Source of the DNA: Bacteroidota bacterium
GTDB lineage: Bacteria; Bacteroidota; Bacteroidia; AKYH767-A; 2013-40CM-41-45
Reading direction: 5' to 3'
DNA: 64,000 nucleotides
Assembly: GCA_049363815.1 (NCBI GenBank)
Contig: JBMQEM010000112.1
Span: 100 to 64,099 of the forward strand
Below, one piece after another: positions 9,605 to 18,686 of this stretch. The notes beneath the pieces were generated by a model. That model did not search any database, had not been told where the DNA came from, and saw nothing but the letters and a program-made list of their open reading frames with translations. The stretch's first letter is position 1, and every line of letters starts with the position of its first letter. Both the position numbers and the translations under genes were made by a program.

Positions 9605-10360
9605 ATGTATCGGACTAAAAAAATATTTCTTGATCTAATGCTTGCAGGAGTAATTTTCTTGCTAGTACTTATGATCTTTGCTTTAAGTTCCTGTAAGCAT
9701 CAACCGCAGATATTGCCTGCTGATCCAAATGCAGGAAATGAAAATCCCGGTGGTGGAACAGGCGGCAACGAAAATAATTGTGATCCGAATGTTGTATACT
9801 TCGAACAACAGGTACTGCCGATCATAGTAAGTAACTGTGCAAAGAGTGGTTGTCATAATACAGAAGATCATGAAGAAGATATTGTTTTGAATTCATACAA
9901 CTCAATTATGAGTGATGGGGAGGTTTCGCCCGGTTACCCAGCATACAGTGAAATATATGAAGTAATTACTCAAACCGATCCTGATGATATCATGCCTCCT
10001 CCTCCTCATAGTCCACTGACTTCTGCACAAATTGCATTGATCAGAAACTGGATCTTGCAGGGAGCTCAAAATAACTCCTGCCAGAATACTTGTGACACAA
10101 CAAATGTTACATATAGTGGCAGCATCATTCCGGTACTTCAGAATTCCTGTATAGGTTGTCATAGCGGAAGTACTCCCGGAGGAAATATCAGTCTCAACTC
10201 TTATGCAGCAGTACTTACACAGGCAACCAATGGCAAATTATTGGGCAGTGTAAATCATTCAACCGGATTTTCTGCGATGCCAAAAGGTGGAAATAAATTA
10301 AGTACATGTCAGATCGATATGATCAGGATCTGGGTCGATGCTGGAGCACCAAACAATTAA
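9605..10360 (+). CDS. lipoprotein with two PSCyt1-like (Planctomycete-type cytochrome c) modules
   Basis: Lipobox (FALSSC). Two modules: ..PIIVSNCAKSGCH..LNSY.. (CX4CH) and ..PVLQNSCIGCHSG..ISLNSY...MPKGG..L....I..I..W (CXXCH). Confidence 0.6.
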   Translation: MYRTKKIFLDLMLAGVIFLLVLMIFALSSCKHQPQILPADPNAGNENPGGGTGGNENNCDPNVVYFEQQVLPIIVSNCAKSGCHNTEDHEEDIVLNSYNSIMSDGEVSPGYPAYSEIYEVITQTDPDDIMPPPPHSPLTSAQIALIRNWILQGAQNNSCQNTCDTTNVTYSGSIIPVLQNSCIGCHSGSTPGGNISLNSYAAVLTQATNGKLLGSVNHSTGFSAMPKGGNKLSTCQIDMIRIWVDAGAPNN

Positions 10361-10363
10361 CCT

Positions 10364-10741
10364 ATGAAAAACATTAGTAGAACGATATTTGTTTGTATGA
10401 TAGTATTCGGTTTGTCATCTTGCTACTATGATATTCAGGAAGACATTCACCCTGAACTGGCTTCTCAGGTTTGTGATACGAGTGTAGCACAATATGCAGG
10501 ACAGATCAAAACAATTATCCAGAATAATTGTAGTTCATGTCATAGTACTACTTCAGCTTCTGGAGGGATAATAACAGACACCTATCAGGATCTTAAGAGG
10601 ATAGCAGATAATGGTACGTTAATTGGAAGTATCACTCACGCGGCAGGGTTTAGGGCAATGCCTCAAAATCTACCTAAATTGTCATCCTGCAACATTAAGT
10701 TGATTGAAAAGTGGGTCCGTGAAGGTTCACAGAATAATTAA
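10364..10741 (+). CDS. lipoprotein with a single PSCyt1-like CXXCH module
   Basis: Lipobox (FGLSSC). NNCSSCHS...MPQNLPKLSSCNIKLIEKWV; paralogous to the modules of the preceding gene. Confidence 0.6.
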   Translation: MKNISRTIFVCMIVFGLSSCYYDIQEDIHPELASQVCDTSVAQYAGQIKTIIQNNCSSCHSTTSASGGIITDTYQDLKRIADNGTLIGSITHAAGFRAMPQNLPKLSSCNIKLIEKWVREGSQNN

Positions 10742-10835
10742 GAAAAGATGAAGGTCTGAAAAGTTCAGGCTTTAGAAATAAAGAAGTACAGATCAATCCA
10801 GAATTAACTCAATTTTCAATTCTAAATTTGTGTCA

Positions 10836-11255
10836 ATGAAAAAGAAAATATTTTTAGCACTCGGCATAATAGCATTAGCCGGTGCCGCTTATGGCTTTTA
10901 TCTGTTCAAAAAGCCGCATCAAAGTATAATGAATGAAAAGCCTGATTATAGTATGATTTCATCAGAGATAATCAGTGAATTTGAGACCAATGAAGATGCC
11001 GCAAACAAAAAGTTTAATGGTAAGGTCATTGAAGTTACCGGAGTTATATCCGAAAAAACTAAAGACGAACAAGGCAAACTGAACATTACCCTTCAGGGAG
11101 CAGATATAGCAGGAATCGGATGTGTATTTGAAAAAGCAGCACAACCAAAAGCAGCAGCACTAGCAGAGGGACAGGAAGTAAAGATAAAAGGGGTCTGTAC
11201 AGGGATTTTAATGGATGTAGTCCTGGTAGACTGTGTAGTAGTAGAAAACAATTAA
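10836..11255 (+). CDS. OB-fold (tRNA_anti-like) membrane-anchored protein
   Basis: N-terminal TM segment, then FNGKVIEVTGVISEK...V.IKGVCTG, characteristic of tRNA_anti-like OB proteins. ATG at 10836 is 2 codons inside the GTG-started ORF. Confidence 0.6.
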   Translation: MKKKIFLALGIIALAGAAYGFYLFKKPHQSIMNEKPDYSMISSEIISEFETNEDAANKKFNGKVIEVTGVISEKTKDEQGKLNITLQGADIAGIGCVFEKAAQPKAAALAEGQEVKIKGVCTGILMDVVLVDCVVVENN

Positions 11256-11277
11256 TCAAACAAACTAAAATACAACT

Positions 11278-11841
11278 ATGAAAAAAGTAATTTTTGCAAT
11301 TGCATTATTGATTTCGTCATCAGCTGTTTTCGGACAGAAAGTTTTGACAAAGAACGGTAAGGTTCATTTTGATGCAACAAGTCCAAACTCACCGGAAAAA
11401 ATTGATGCTACAAATGATAAAACGATGAGTGTGATCGATGCTTCAACAGGTGCGATTGAGTTTGCGCTTTTGATGAAAGCGTTCAGCTTTGAGAAAGCAT
11501 TAATGCAAGAACATTTCAACGAGAATTATGTTGAATCCGACAAATTTCCAAAAGCATCTTTCAAAGGTACGATCACAAATATGAGTACTATCGATTTAAA
11601 GAAAGACGGAACATATCCGGCAACTGTGAAAGGACAGATGACACTTCACGGTGAAACGAAAGAGATCAGCGCAACAGGAAACATTACTGTAAAAGGCGGA
11701 AGTATAACTGCAGCTAAATCGGAATTCACTTTAACGCTTGCTGATTATAAGATCGAAGTACCATCAGTAGTAAAAGACAAAGTATCAAAAGAAGCAAAGA
11801 TCACTGTTGATCTAAGTTTCCAGCCAATGGCTGCTAAATAA
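11278..11841 (+). CDS. YceI-family periplasmic protein
   Basis: HFNENYVESDKFPKASFKGTI motif and a signal peptide. Paralog of the 5189-5743 gene. Confidence 0.8.
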   Translation: MKKVIFAIALLISSSAVFGQKVLTKNGKVHFDATSPNSPEKIDATNDKTMSVIDASTGAIEFALLMKAFSFEKALMQEHFNENYVESDKFPKASFKGTITNMSTIDLKKDGTYPATVKGQMTLHGETKEISATGNITVKGGSITAAKSEFTLTLADYKIEVPSVVKDKVSKEAKITVDLSFQPMAAK

Positions 11842-11877
11842 AGACAGGGTTTACAAATTAGGTGTTCATGTGGTTTG

Positions 11878-11912
11878 ACTCCGCTCGGCAGAAATGTTGG
11901 GCGGGGTTTTTT
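11878..11912 (+). terminator. rho-independent terminator candidate
   Basis: CTCCGC...GCGGGG stem followed by a T6 run, 37 nt after the YceI stop codon, between convergent genes. Confidence 0.55.
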
Positions 11913-12067
11913 CGTACTTAATACTTGCAGTTTTGTCCTTAAATAAGATAAGAGGAAAATATTACAATAAAGTAAAATATCACCTTTATCATTTCTGAAT
12001 TAATAACTTTTTGAATATTCAAATTCAATTGCATTCATTCAATTCCAAATACTTCCATTCAAAATAA

Positions 12068-12481
12068 TTAAATCAGTCTTCCAATTAATGTATCAACCGA
12101 ATAAACATCCACCGAAAAAGGAATCGCCCACAACAACAAAACAAAAATAAAACGGGGGAAATAATGTTGCATGTCCCACATGGCTTTGATGGAAGAGAAT
12201 GAAATTGCAACAAAGAGCAGGTCAATTGAAAGGATGGCCAGAGTATAGAATTTCAACAGACCAACGAACAGAAATAAGCCACCGATGAGTTCTGCATAAG
12301 AAGAGATGGTGATCAATGGCTTTAGTAATGCTTTTGGCCAGATAGTAGGATTCATAGGATCGTCGAACGTTCTGGCCACATTGATGATCTTTACACGAAA
12401 TATTTTATCATAACCCTGAAAGAAAAAAAGCGAGCCTGTCACAAGTCTCAGCATTAAACTAACAATGTCAAGGTTCTCCAT
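12068..12481 (-). CDS. DoxX-family membrane protein
   Basis: Four TM helices with the N-terminal motif LRLVTGSLFFFQGYDKI. Confidence 0.7.
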   Translation of the reverse strand: MENLDIVSLMLRLVTGSLFFFQGYDKIFRVKIINVARTFDDPMNPTIWPKALLKPLITISSYAELIGGLFLFVGLLKFYTLAILSIDLLFVAISFSSIKAMWDMQHYFPRFIFVLLLWAIPFSVDVYSVDTLIGRLI

Positions 12482-12543
12482 TTGAAAAATAATTTAGTCA
12501 AAGCTACAAAAAAAGTCTGTCCAATTCCCGCTCTGCTAATTTT

Positions 12544-13203
12544 TCAATGACTGCAGCAAGAATGCGGCTGGTAATTAATGCCACGGAAAATCAGCCATAC
12601 ACCCATGACCAGAGCTATATATGGAATTGCCTGACGAACATACCGCTGAAACCTGAAATTCAAAACCTGCCCTGTCAAAGAAAGGAATAACATCATAGGC
12701 ACAGTCCCAAGCCCAAACAAAGCCATATACCCGGCACTTCCTCCTACACTGCCCATAGCAAGCGAAGCACCCAAGGCCAGATACACAAATCCACAAGGCA
12801 GGATTCCGTTTGCAAGTCCGATTCCCAATGAGGAGTATTTCGAATCTGACTGCAACATTTTCCTGAAAATTTTCTTGATAGAATTTGTCAGACCATATAA
12901 AAAGCCATTGAATGGTTTGAACTGCTTTGCGACCAAAGGAATTCCGGCAATCAAAACGATGGAAACTCCTGATACGATAGAGACTGTCTTCTGAAAACCT
13001 GTCAGCGATAAAGATCTTCCGAATAAACCAATCACTGCCCCAAGGATCGAATATGTAACGATACGTCCGAAATTATAAAAGATCTTACTCTGTAAAGCCA
13101 GTCCTGTCGTTTTCTTTGGCAACGTCAGCGCGATCGGACCGCACATACCGGCGCAATGGAAACTTCCCATAAATCCAAAAAGAAAGGCTGTCAATATCCA
13201 CAT
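12544..13203 (-). CDS. TauE/SafE- or DsbD_2-like membrane protein of the cbb3 assembly cluster
   Basis: Polytopic protein with the N-terminal motif GSFHCAGMCGPIAL. It sits directly downstream of fixH/ccoG, as in other Bacteroidota cbb3 clusters. Confidence 0.65.
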   Translation of the reverse strand: MWILTAFLFGFMGSFHCAGMCGPIALTLPKKTTGLALQSKIFYNFGRIVTYSILGAVIGLFGRSLSLTGFQKTVSIVSGVSIVLIAGIPLVAKQFKPFNGFLYGLTNSIKKIFRKMLQSDSKYSSLGIGLANGILPCGFVYLALGASLAMGSVGGSAGYMALFGLGTVPMMLFLSLTGQVLNFRFQRYVRQAIPYIALVMGVWLIFRGINYQPHSCCSH

Positions 13204-13216
13204 AACAATAATTTTA

Positions 13217-13666
13217 TTAATTCAGATTGATCTTTTCTTCGGTATAATACTCTTTCTGTCCATCCTTATAGCTCACCTTCACATTCCAGCGACCGGATGC
13301 CATATCAAGTGATGAAATAGTTTGAGACAGATCAGGATTCACTTGAAGCGGAACTTGAAAATCAAAAGAAGAATTGTCCGGCTTGAAAAAAGTAATACTT
13401 CCTTCCAACTTTGAATCCTTAAATTTTTCCGGGAACTGAAAAACTACCTGATCAGCGGTAGAAGAAATCATTACCTGTTGATCCAGTCCGGCAGAATTGT
13501 TCATTTTATTGATCTGATTCTGATACTGTATTTCGAGATCATAATAGTTTGATGCTACCAGATCCACCTCATGCTGCGAACATTTATAAACCAATGATAA
13601 AATAAAGGTCATAAATAATCCGATGAAGACTACAATTCCAAAACCCCAGTTAAATTTAATTTTCAT
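13217..13666 (-). CDS. FixH-family protein
   Basis: 149 aa with a single N-terminal TM. The position immediately downstream of ccoG is typical for FixH. Confidence 0.65.
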   Translation of the reverse strand: MKIKFNWGFGIVVFIGLFMTFILSLVYKCSQHEVDLVASNYYDLEIQYQNQINKMNNSAGLDQQVMISSTADQVVFQFPEKFKDSKLEGSITFFKPDNSSFDFQVPLQVNPDLSQTISSLDMASGRWNVKVSYKDGQKEYYTEEKINLN

Positions 13667-13678
13667 GAGAATACGATT

Positions 13679-15079
13679 TTAATTTGATGATGGTCCAAGG
13701 AAATTTGTTTTGATATTGCTTACAACCTTACCATTTGAAAGTACTTTAATCCGCACAGGTGTTTTAATACTTGTAAGGTCTTCTGTATGGAGAATAACGA
13801 AGAAAACACCGTCGATTGTTCCATCCTGTTTGAGCAAATCTACTTTCTCTCCAACAAACTTTATTTCTCCTTTCGGCTGATCGAGAACGATTTCGATCTT
13901 AAGATCACCAAAGGTTTTATTGACAAGTTGAATATTGTAAAGATTGCTTACATGGTTACTATCAACAATTTGATATAGTTGTCCCGGTGTACGCATGATA
14001 GTAGACTCTACATCAGTACGCAGCGAAAGCAAGACGATCAGCGATGTCAACAGCAGAAACAATACAGCTCCATAGCCAATGATCCTGGTCGTGATCTTGA
14101 ATTTCTTTTTATCCGCAATGCTGTTTTCACTTGTATATCGGATCAAACCTTCAGGCAGATTTACTTTTTGCATGATAGAATTGCAGGCATCAATACATGC
14201 AGTACAATTGACACATTCAAGTTGCGTTCCGTTCCTGATATCGATTCCGGTCGGACAAACGTTCACACACTGGTGGCAATCGATACAATCACCGGCAGTT
14301 CTTTTTTCATCTTTATGAATTTTTGCGCGGGGTTCACCTCTGGAATAATCATATGCGATGACCACTGAATTTCTGTCAAGTAATACACCCTGCAGACGAC
14401 CGTAAGGACAAACAACAATGCAAGCCTGTTCACGGAAACGTGCATATACACCATAAAACACTGCAGTAAAAATTACCAGTGCACCAAAGCCCACGAAATG
14501 AATCATTGGGCCTTCGGTTACCAGAAGTTTCATCTGGTCAACACCAATGATGTATGCAAGAAATGTATTTGCTATTATGAATGCGATGACAAAGAAGATA
14601 CTATGCTTTAGAAGTTTTTTCCGGATCTTTGTCCCATTCCATGGAGCTTTATGTAATAATTTCTGCTGAGCTGAATCCCCTTCGATCAGATATTCAATTT
14701 TCCTGAACACCATTTCCATGAAGATCGTCTGAGGACACGCCCAGCCGCACCACACCCTTCCAAAAACTACTGTAAATAAGATTATGAATACAAAAAATGT
14801 AAGCATCGCCAGGACAAATAGAAAGAAGTCCTGCGGCCAGAAAGGAATACCGAATAAAATAAATTTTCTTTGGATGACATTAAAAAGAAACATGGCATGT
14901 CCATTCCATTTCATGAACGGTCCTGAAAAGAGAAGAGTCAGTAGAATAATACTGACTATTGTTCTCTTATTATATAATTTACCATGAGGCTTCTTAGGAT
15001 AGATCCACGCCCTCTTTCCATCTTCACCTATTGTCGCAATACTATCGCGAAAGGATTCATCCCTTGTATCATTACTCAT
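13679..15079 (-). CDS. ccoG: cytochrome c oxidase accessory protein CcoG (4Fe-4S ferredoxin-type)
   Basis: CGWACPQ and CIDCHQCVNVCPTGIDIRNG...CVNCTACIDAC cluster motifs, several TM helices, and a C-terminal Ig-like domain. Confidence 0.9.
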   Translation of the reverse strand: MSNDTRDESFRDSIATIGEDGKRAWIYPKKPHGKLYNKRTIVSIILLTLLFSGPFMKWNGHAMFLFNVIQRKFILFGIPFWPQDFFLFVLAMLTFFVFIILFTVVFGRVWCGWACPQTIFMEMVFRKIEYLIEGDSAQQKLLHKAPWNGTKIRKKLLKHSIFFVIAFIIANTFLAYIIGVDQMKLLVTEGPMIHFVGFGALVIFTAVFYGVYARFREQACIVVCPYGRLQGVLLDRNSVVIAYDYSRGEPRAKIHKDEKRTAGDCIDCHQCVNVCPTGIDIRNGTQLECVNCTACIDACNSIMQKVNLPEGLIRYTSENSIADKKKFKITTRIIGYGAVLFLLLTSLIVLLSLRTDVESTIMRTPGQLYQIVDSNHVSNLYNIQLVNKTFGDLKIEIVLDQPKGEIKFVGEKVDLLKQDGTIDGVFFVILHTEDLTSIKTPVRIKVLSNGKVVSNIKTNFLGPSSN

Positions 15080-15084
15080 AATTC

Positions 15085-16077
15085 TTATTTGCTTATGGCA
15101 ACAGCTGCCTGAGTGCTATCTGTAATTAACGAATCGGCGGCTACGGAAATACTATCAGTTACTTCAACCCATTTTTCACCTTGTGGCTCTTTAGGAGAGG
15201 CCGGATTTGTGCCCTGAAGAGTAAGAATATAACTTGAAACTTCCTGAATAGCCTTTGGAGATAATTGTGATTTCCAGCTGATCATACCTTTAGCAGGTAC
15301 ACCTTCAGTAACAGTGTTAAATACATTTTTTATTCCTCCGCCGTGGATCCAGAATTCATCAGTAAGATTCGGACCGACATTACCCTGACCAAATTCACCA
15401 TGGCAAGCCAGACAACTTTTCATATAAATTTCCTTACCGGCAGCAAGCGAACTGGCTTCCGTTAGTTTTACAACAGAAGCAGATGTAATATAATTAGCAT
15501 CATTTTCCATTCTTTGTTTTTTCGCCAGCTCAGCATTTTGCATTTCCTCGTTATACTCAGCTATCTGAAGTTTTCCTGAACCGGAAACATGGAAATTGAA
15601 GAGGTAAACAAAAGCAAATACGATCGTCAGATAGAAACCATATTTCCACCAAGGAGGTAATTGATTATCCAATTCCTGAATGCCATCATAATTATGATCA
15701 AGCATAACATCCTTTTCCTTTTCAACCGGCACTGCTTTCACAAGACTGTGCATAATTCTGGAATAGAGCGATGGTTTCACAATTTCCGGCGTGAATCCTT
15801 CTTCGGCAGATTGAGCACTGTTAGCCGGAGTGTATTTCCCTTCAACTATTTTAGTCAGCGCACGGATGGTATGCGACATAGTATAGATAGTAAGGAGAAC
15901 TATGAATCCTAACAATATCCAGATATATGTTACCGGATCAAAAAACATTTTGGGGATCTGAACAACTTCCGGTTTTTGTACCTCTGTGGTTGCTTCCTGT
16001 GCAAAAGAAATGAATTGCATGAAAAGCAAAACAGTAGTGGCAGCAATCAGCTTTATTGATTTATATTTCCTTTTCAT
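15085..16077 (-). CDS. ccoP: cbb3-type cytochrome c oxidase subunit III-like (FixP N-domain plus one heme c site)
   Basis: DHNYDGIQELDNQLPPWW (FixP_N) and a single CLACHG heme motif. I place the start at ATG 16077 (MKRKYKSIKL...), 4 nt downstream of the ccoQ stop. The 374-aa ORF-track version overlaps ccoQ. Confidence 0.8.
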   Translation of the reverse strand: MKRKYKSIKLIAATTVLLFMQFISFAQEATTEVQKPEVVQIPKMFFDPVTYIWILLGFIVLLTIYTMSHTIRALTKIVEGKYTPANSAQSAEEGFTPEIVKPSLYSRIMHSLVKAVPVEKEKDVMLDHNYDGIQELDNQLPPWWKYGFYLTIVFAFVYLFNFHVSGSGKLQIAEYNEEMQNAELAKKQRMENDANYITSASVVKLTEASSLAAGKEIYMKSCLACHGEFGQGNVGPNLTDEFWIHGGGIKNVFNTVTEGVPAKGMISWKSQLSPKAIQEVSSYILTLQGTNPASPKEPQGEKWVEVTDSISVAADSLITDSTQAAVAISK

Positions 16078-16081
16078 ACTC

Positions 16082-16270
16082 TTACAATATTGAATTTGGG
16101 TTATTATTATTATCAGATTCAAGTGGTATTCTGCTGACTTCTTCAAGGCTTGAATTCTTTGTTCTGAATGCCCAGATAAAAACTGCCATAAAGAAGATAA
16201 AGAAAACAAGTAGTGAGAACATTGGATAAGTTGCTATCCCTTCTATTCCTTTGAAATAATTTTTGAACAT
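16082..16270 (-). CDS. ccoQ: CcoQ/FixQ-like small membrane subunit
   Basis: 62 aa with one TM (YPMFSLLVFFIFFMAVFIWAF), located between ccoNO and ccoP. Confidence 0.7.
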   Translation of the reverse strand: MFKNYFKGIEGIATYPMFSLLVFFIFFMAVFIWAFRTKNSSLEEVSRIPLESDNNNNPNSIL

Positions 16271-16289
16271 GGTATTCTATTTTTTACAA

Positions 16290-18413
16290 TTATTTAACTG
16301 AAGAAACTTTCTCACCCTTGATATCGATACCTAATCTTTGCAGATATGCAATCATGGCAATGATCTCTTTGTTTGGAGCTACCTTAATTCCAGCTTTTGC
16401 CAGATCTTCAGTGATCATATTTTCCTGTTTGACCAGTTCCTGATTGGCAATTTTATCAAAGTCGTTATCATAAGGTACTCCGAGCTTTCTCATTACGTTG
16501 ATCTTAGCTGCTGTCAAGGAAGTATCCAGATCATCTTCGATAAGGAAGTCATATGCCGGCATTAATGATCCAGGTGACATAGTAGTCGGATCGAGCATGT
16601 GGTTATAATGCCATGAGTTCGGATATTTATATCCTTCGCGGGCAAGATCCGGTCCGGTACGTTTTGAGCCCCATTGGAAAGGATGATCATAAACGAATTC
16701 ACCGGCTTTGGAATATTCACCATAGCGCTCGGTCTCACTTCTGAACGGACGGATCATCTGAGAGTGGCAAGTGTAACAACCTTCACGGATATAAATATCG
16801 CGACCTTGTAATTCAAGAGGAGTATATGGTTTCACACTTGAGATTGTCGGAATGTTTGATTTGATAGTAAGCATTGGAATAATCTCAATCATACCTCCTA
16901 TCAGGATCATAACTAAACTAACGATCAACATTTGAACCGGACGTCTTTCAATCCAACGGTGCCAGTGACCTTTCTGTTCAACTGCAACTTTTTCAAGTGC
17001 AGGAGCTGAAGTTTCTTCATTGGCAACGAACTTTCCGGATACAGCAGTTTTGTAAAGATTGTAAACCATTACTAAAGCACCGATCAGATAAAGTGAACCA
17101 CCGAATGCACGTAAACGGTACATTGGAACGATCTGAACAACTGTTTCAAGGAAGTTAGGATATTTCAATACACCTTCAGCAGTAAATTCTTTCCACATCA
17201 AAGACTGAGCGAAACCTGCCCAATATATTGGAACAGCATAAAAGATAATACCCAGTGTTGCAATCCAGAAATGGAAGTTTGCAAGTTTCTTTGAGAAGAT
17301 ATTTACATTATACATTCGTGGGATCAACCAGTAGAGAATACCGAAGGTCAACATACCGTTCCAGCCAAGACCTCCAACGTGTACGTGAGCAATTGTCCAG
17401 TCGGTAAAGTGAGAGATGGCGTTTACACTTTTCAAAGAAAGCATCGGTCCTTCGAAAGTCGACATACCATATGCGGTAACAGCCACGACCATAAACTTCA
17501 ACACTGTACTTTCCCGAACTTTATCCCATGCACCACGCAGTGTAAGTAAGCCGTTGATCATACCACCCCATGATGGAGCGATGAGCATGATGCTGAAAAC
17601 AACACCAAGAGACTGAGCCCAATCCGGTAATGAAGAATAAAGTAAATGATGCGGACCTGCCCAGATATAGAGGAAGATCAATGCCCAGAAGTGGATGATG
17701 GAAAGTTTGTATGAATATACAGGACGATTGGCTGCTTTAGGAACGAAGTAATACATCAGACCTAAATAAGGAGTAGTTAGGAAGAATGCAACAGCATTAT
17801 GCCCGTACCACCACTGCACCAATGCATCCTGAACTCCGGCAAAAATTGAATAACTTTTCAATAATGACACAGGTAAAGCAAGAGAATTCACAATATGCAA
17901 AACAGCAACTGTAACTACCGTTGCGATATAGAACCATACTGCAACATATAAATGTCTTTCACGTCTCTTAATGATCGTACCAAACATGTTAACAGCAAAG
18001 ACCACCCATACCAAGGCGATCATAATATCGATCGGCCATTCAAGTTCTGCATACTCCTTGCTCGTAGTGATTCCCAGAGGAAGAGTCACGGCTGCGGCAA
18101 CAATAATAAGTTGCCATCCCCAGAAATGCACCTTACTAAGCACATCACTGAACATTCTGGCTTTAACTAATCTCTGTAACGAGTAGTAGACACCCATGAA
18201 GATCCCATTTCCAACAAATGCAAAGATCACTGCATTTGTATGCAATGGTCTGAGACGTCCGAAATTTCCGATCGGGCCGAAATTAAATTTGGCACTTGTC
18301 AATTGAAGTGCGACGATCAATCCGACAAGCATTCCAACAACACCCCAGACTACTGTGGCAACTGCGAAATTGCGGACGATCTTATTGTCGTAGCTAAATT
18401 TTTCTATGTTCAT
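16290..18413 (-). CDS. ccoNO: cbb3-type cytochrome c oxidase, fused subunits I and II (CcoN-CcoO)
   Basis: Heme-copper oxidase His ligands (HFWALIF..WAGPHH, TIAHVHVG) in the N-terminal ~470 aa. The C-terminal CcoO part carries CYTCHSQMIRPF. Confidence 0.93.
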   Translation of the reverse strand: MNIEKFSYDNKIVRNFAVATVVWGVVGMLVGLIVALQLTSAKFNFGPIGNFGRLRPLHTNAVIFAFVGNGIFMGVYYSLQRLVKARMFSDVLSKVHFWGWQLIIVAAAVTLPLGITTSKEYAELEWPIDIMIALVWVVFAVNMFGTIIKRRERHLYVAVWFYIATVVTVAVLHIVNSLALPVSLLKSYSIFAGVQDALVQWWYGHNAVAFFLTTPYLGLMYYFVPKAANRPVYSYKLSIIHFWALIFLYIWAGPHHLLYSSLPDWAQSLGVVFSIMLIAPSWGGMINGLLTLRGAWDKVRESTVLKFMVVAVTAYGMSTFEGPMLSLKSVNAISHFTDWTIAHVHVGGLGWNGMLTFGILYWLIPRMYNVNIFSKKLANFHFWIATLGIIFYAVPIYWAGFAQSLMWKEFTAEGVLKYPNFLETVVQIVPMYRLRAFGGSLYLIGALVMVYNLYKTAVSGKFVANEETSAPALEKVAVEQKGHWHRWIERRPVQMLIVSLVMILIGGMIEIIPMLTIKSNIPTISSVKPYTPLELQGRDIYIREGCYTCHSQMIRPFRSETERYGEYSKAGEFVYDHPFQWGSKRTGPDLAREGYKYPNSWHYNHMLDPTTMSPGSLMPAYDFLIEDDLDTSLTAAKINVMRKLGVPYDNDFDKIANQELVKQENMITEDLAKAGIKVAPNKEIIAMIAYLQRLGIDIKGEKVSSVK

Positions 18414-18583
18414 AACTCTTCTTTTGTATTCAGGTTGTTTGGTTTTTCATCTTCGAAAAGAATTCTAACAGAAGGAGTATAATCATCATCAAACTGACCA
18501 TCCTTCACACTCCATATGAATGCGAGCAGGAAGGCAACGGCCAGAATCAAACTGAATAAAATTAAGAGGAATATTATGCTCAT
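18410..18583 (-). CDS. ccoS: cbb3 oxidase maturation protein CcoS (57 aa, below the ORF-track cutoff)
   Basis: Manual translation: MSIIFLLILFSLILAVAFLLAFIWSVKDGQFDDDYTPSVRILFEDEKPNNLNTKEEL. This has the CcoS signature (TM + GQ[FY]DD...P..R[IM]LFDD/E). Its TGA overlaps the ccoNO ATG (ATGA). Confidence 0.85.
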   Translation of the reverse strand: MSIIFLLILFSLILAVAFLLAFIWSVKDGQFDDDYTPSVRILFEDEKPNNLNTKEEL

Positions 18584-18686
18584 TTTGTTTTAAAATTCTT
18601 GGTTAAAAGTAGATTCTCGCTACTGCACCCCTAATGATTCGGGTCAATCGCCAATATGATGTTTATCAGGTAAACAGCTGAAAAAG

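Noticed and set aside
15085-16209. The 374-aa version of ccoP starting at 16209
   Set aside because: Its first 44 codons overlap the CcoQ-like ORF in another frame and look non-protein-like. The internal ATG at 16077 begins a signal/TM segment and leaves a 4-nt gap after ccoQ.
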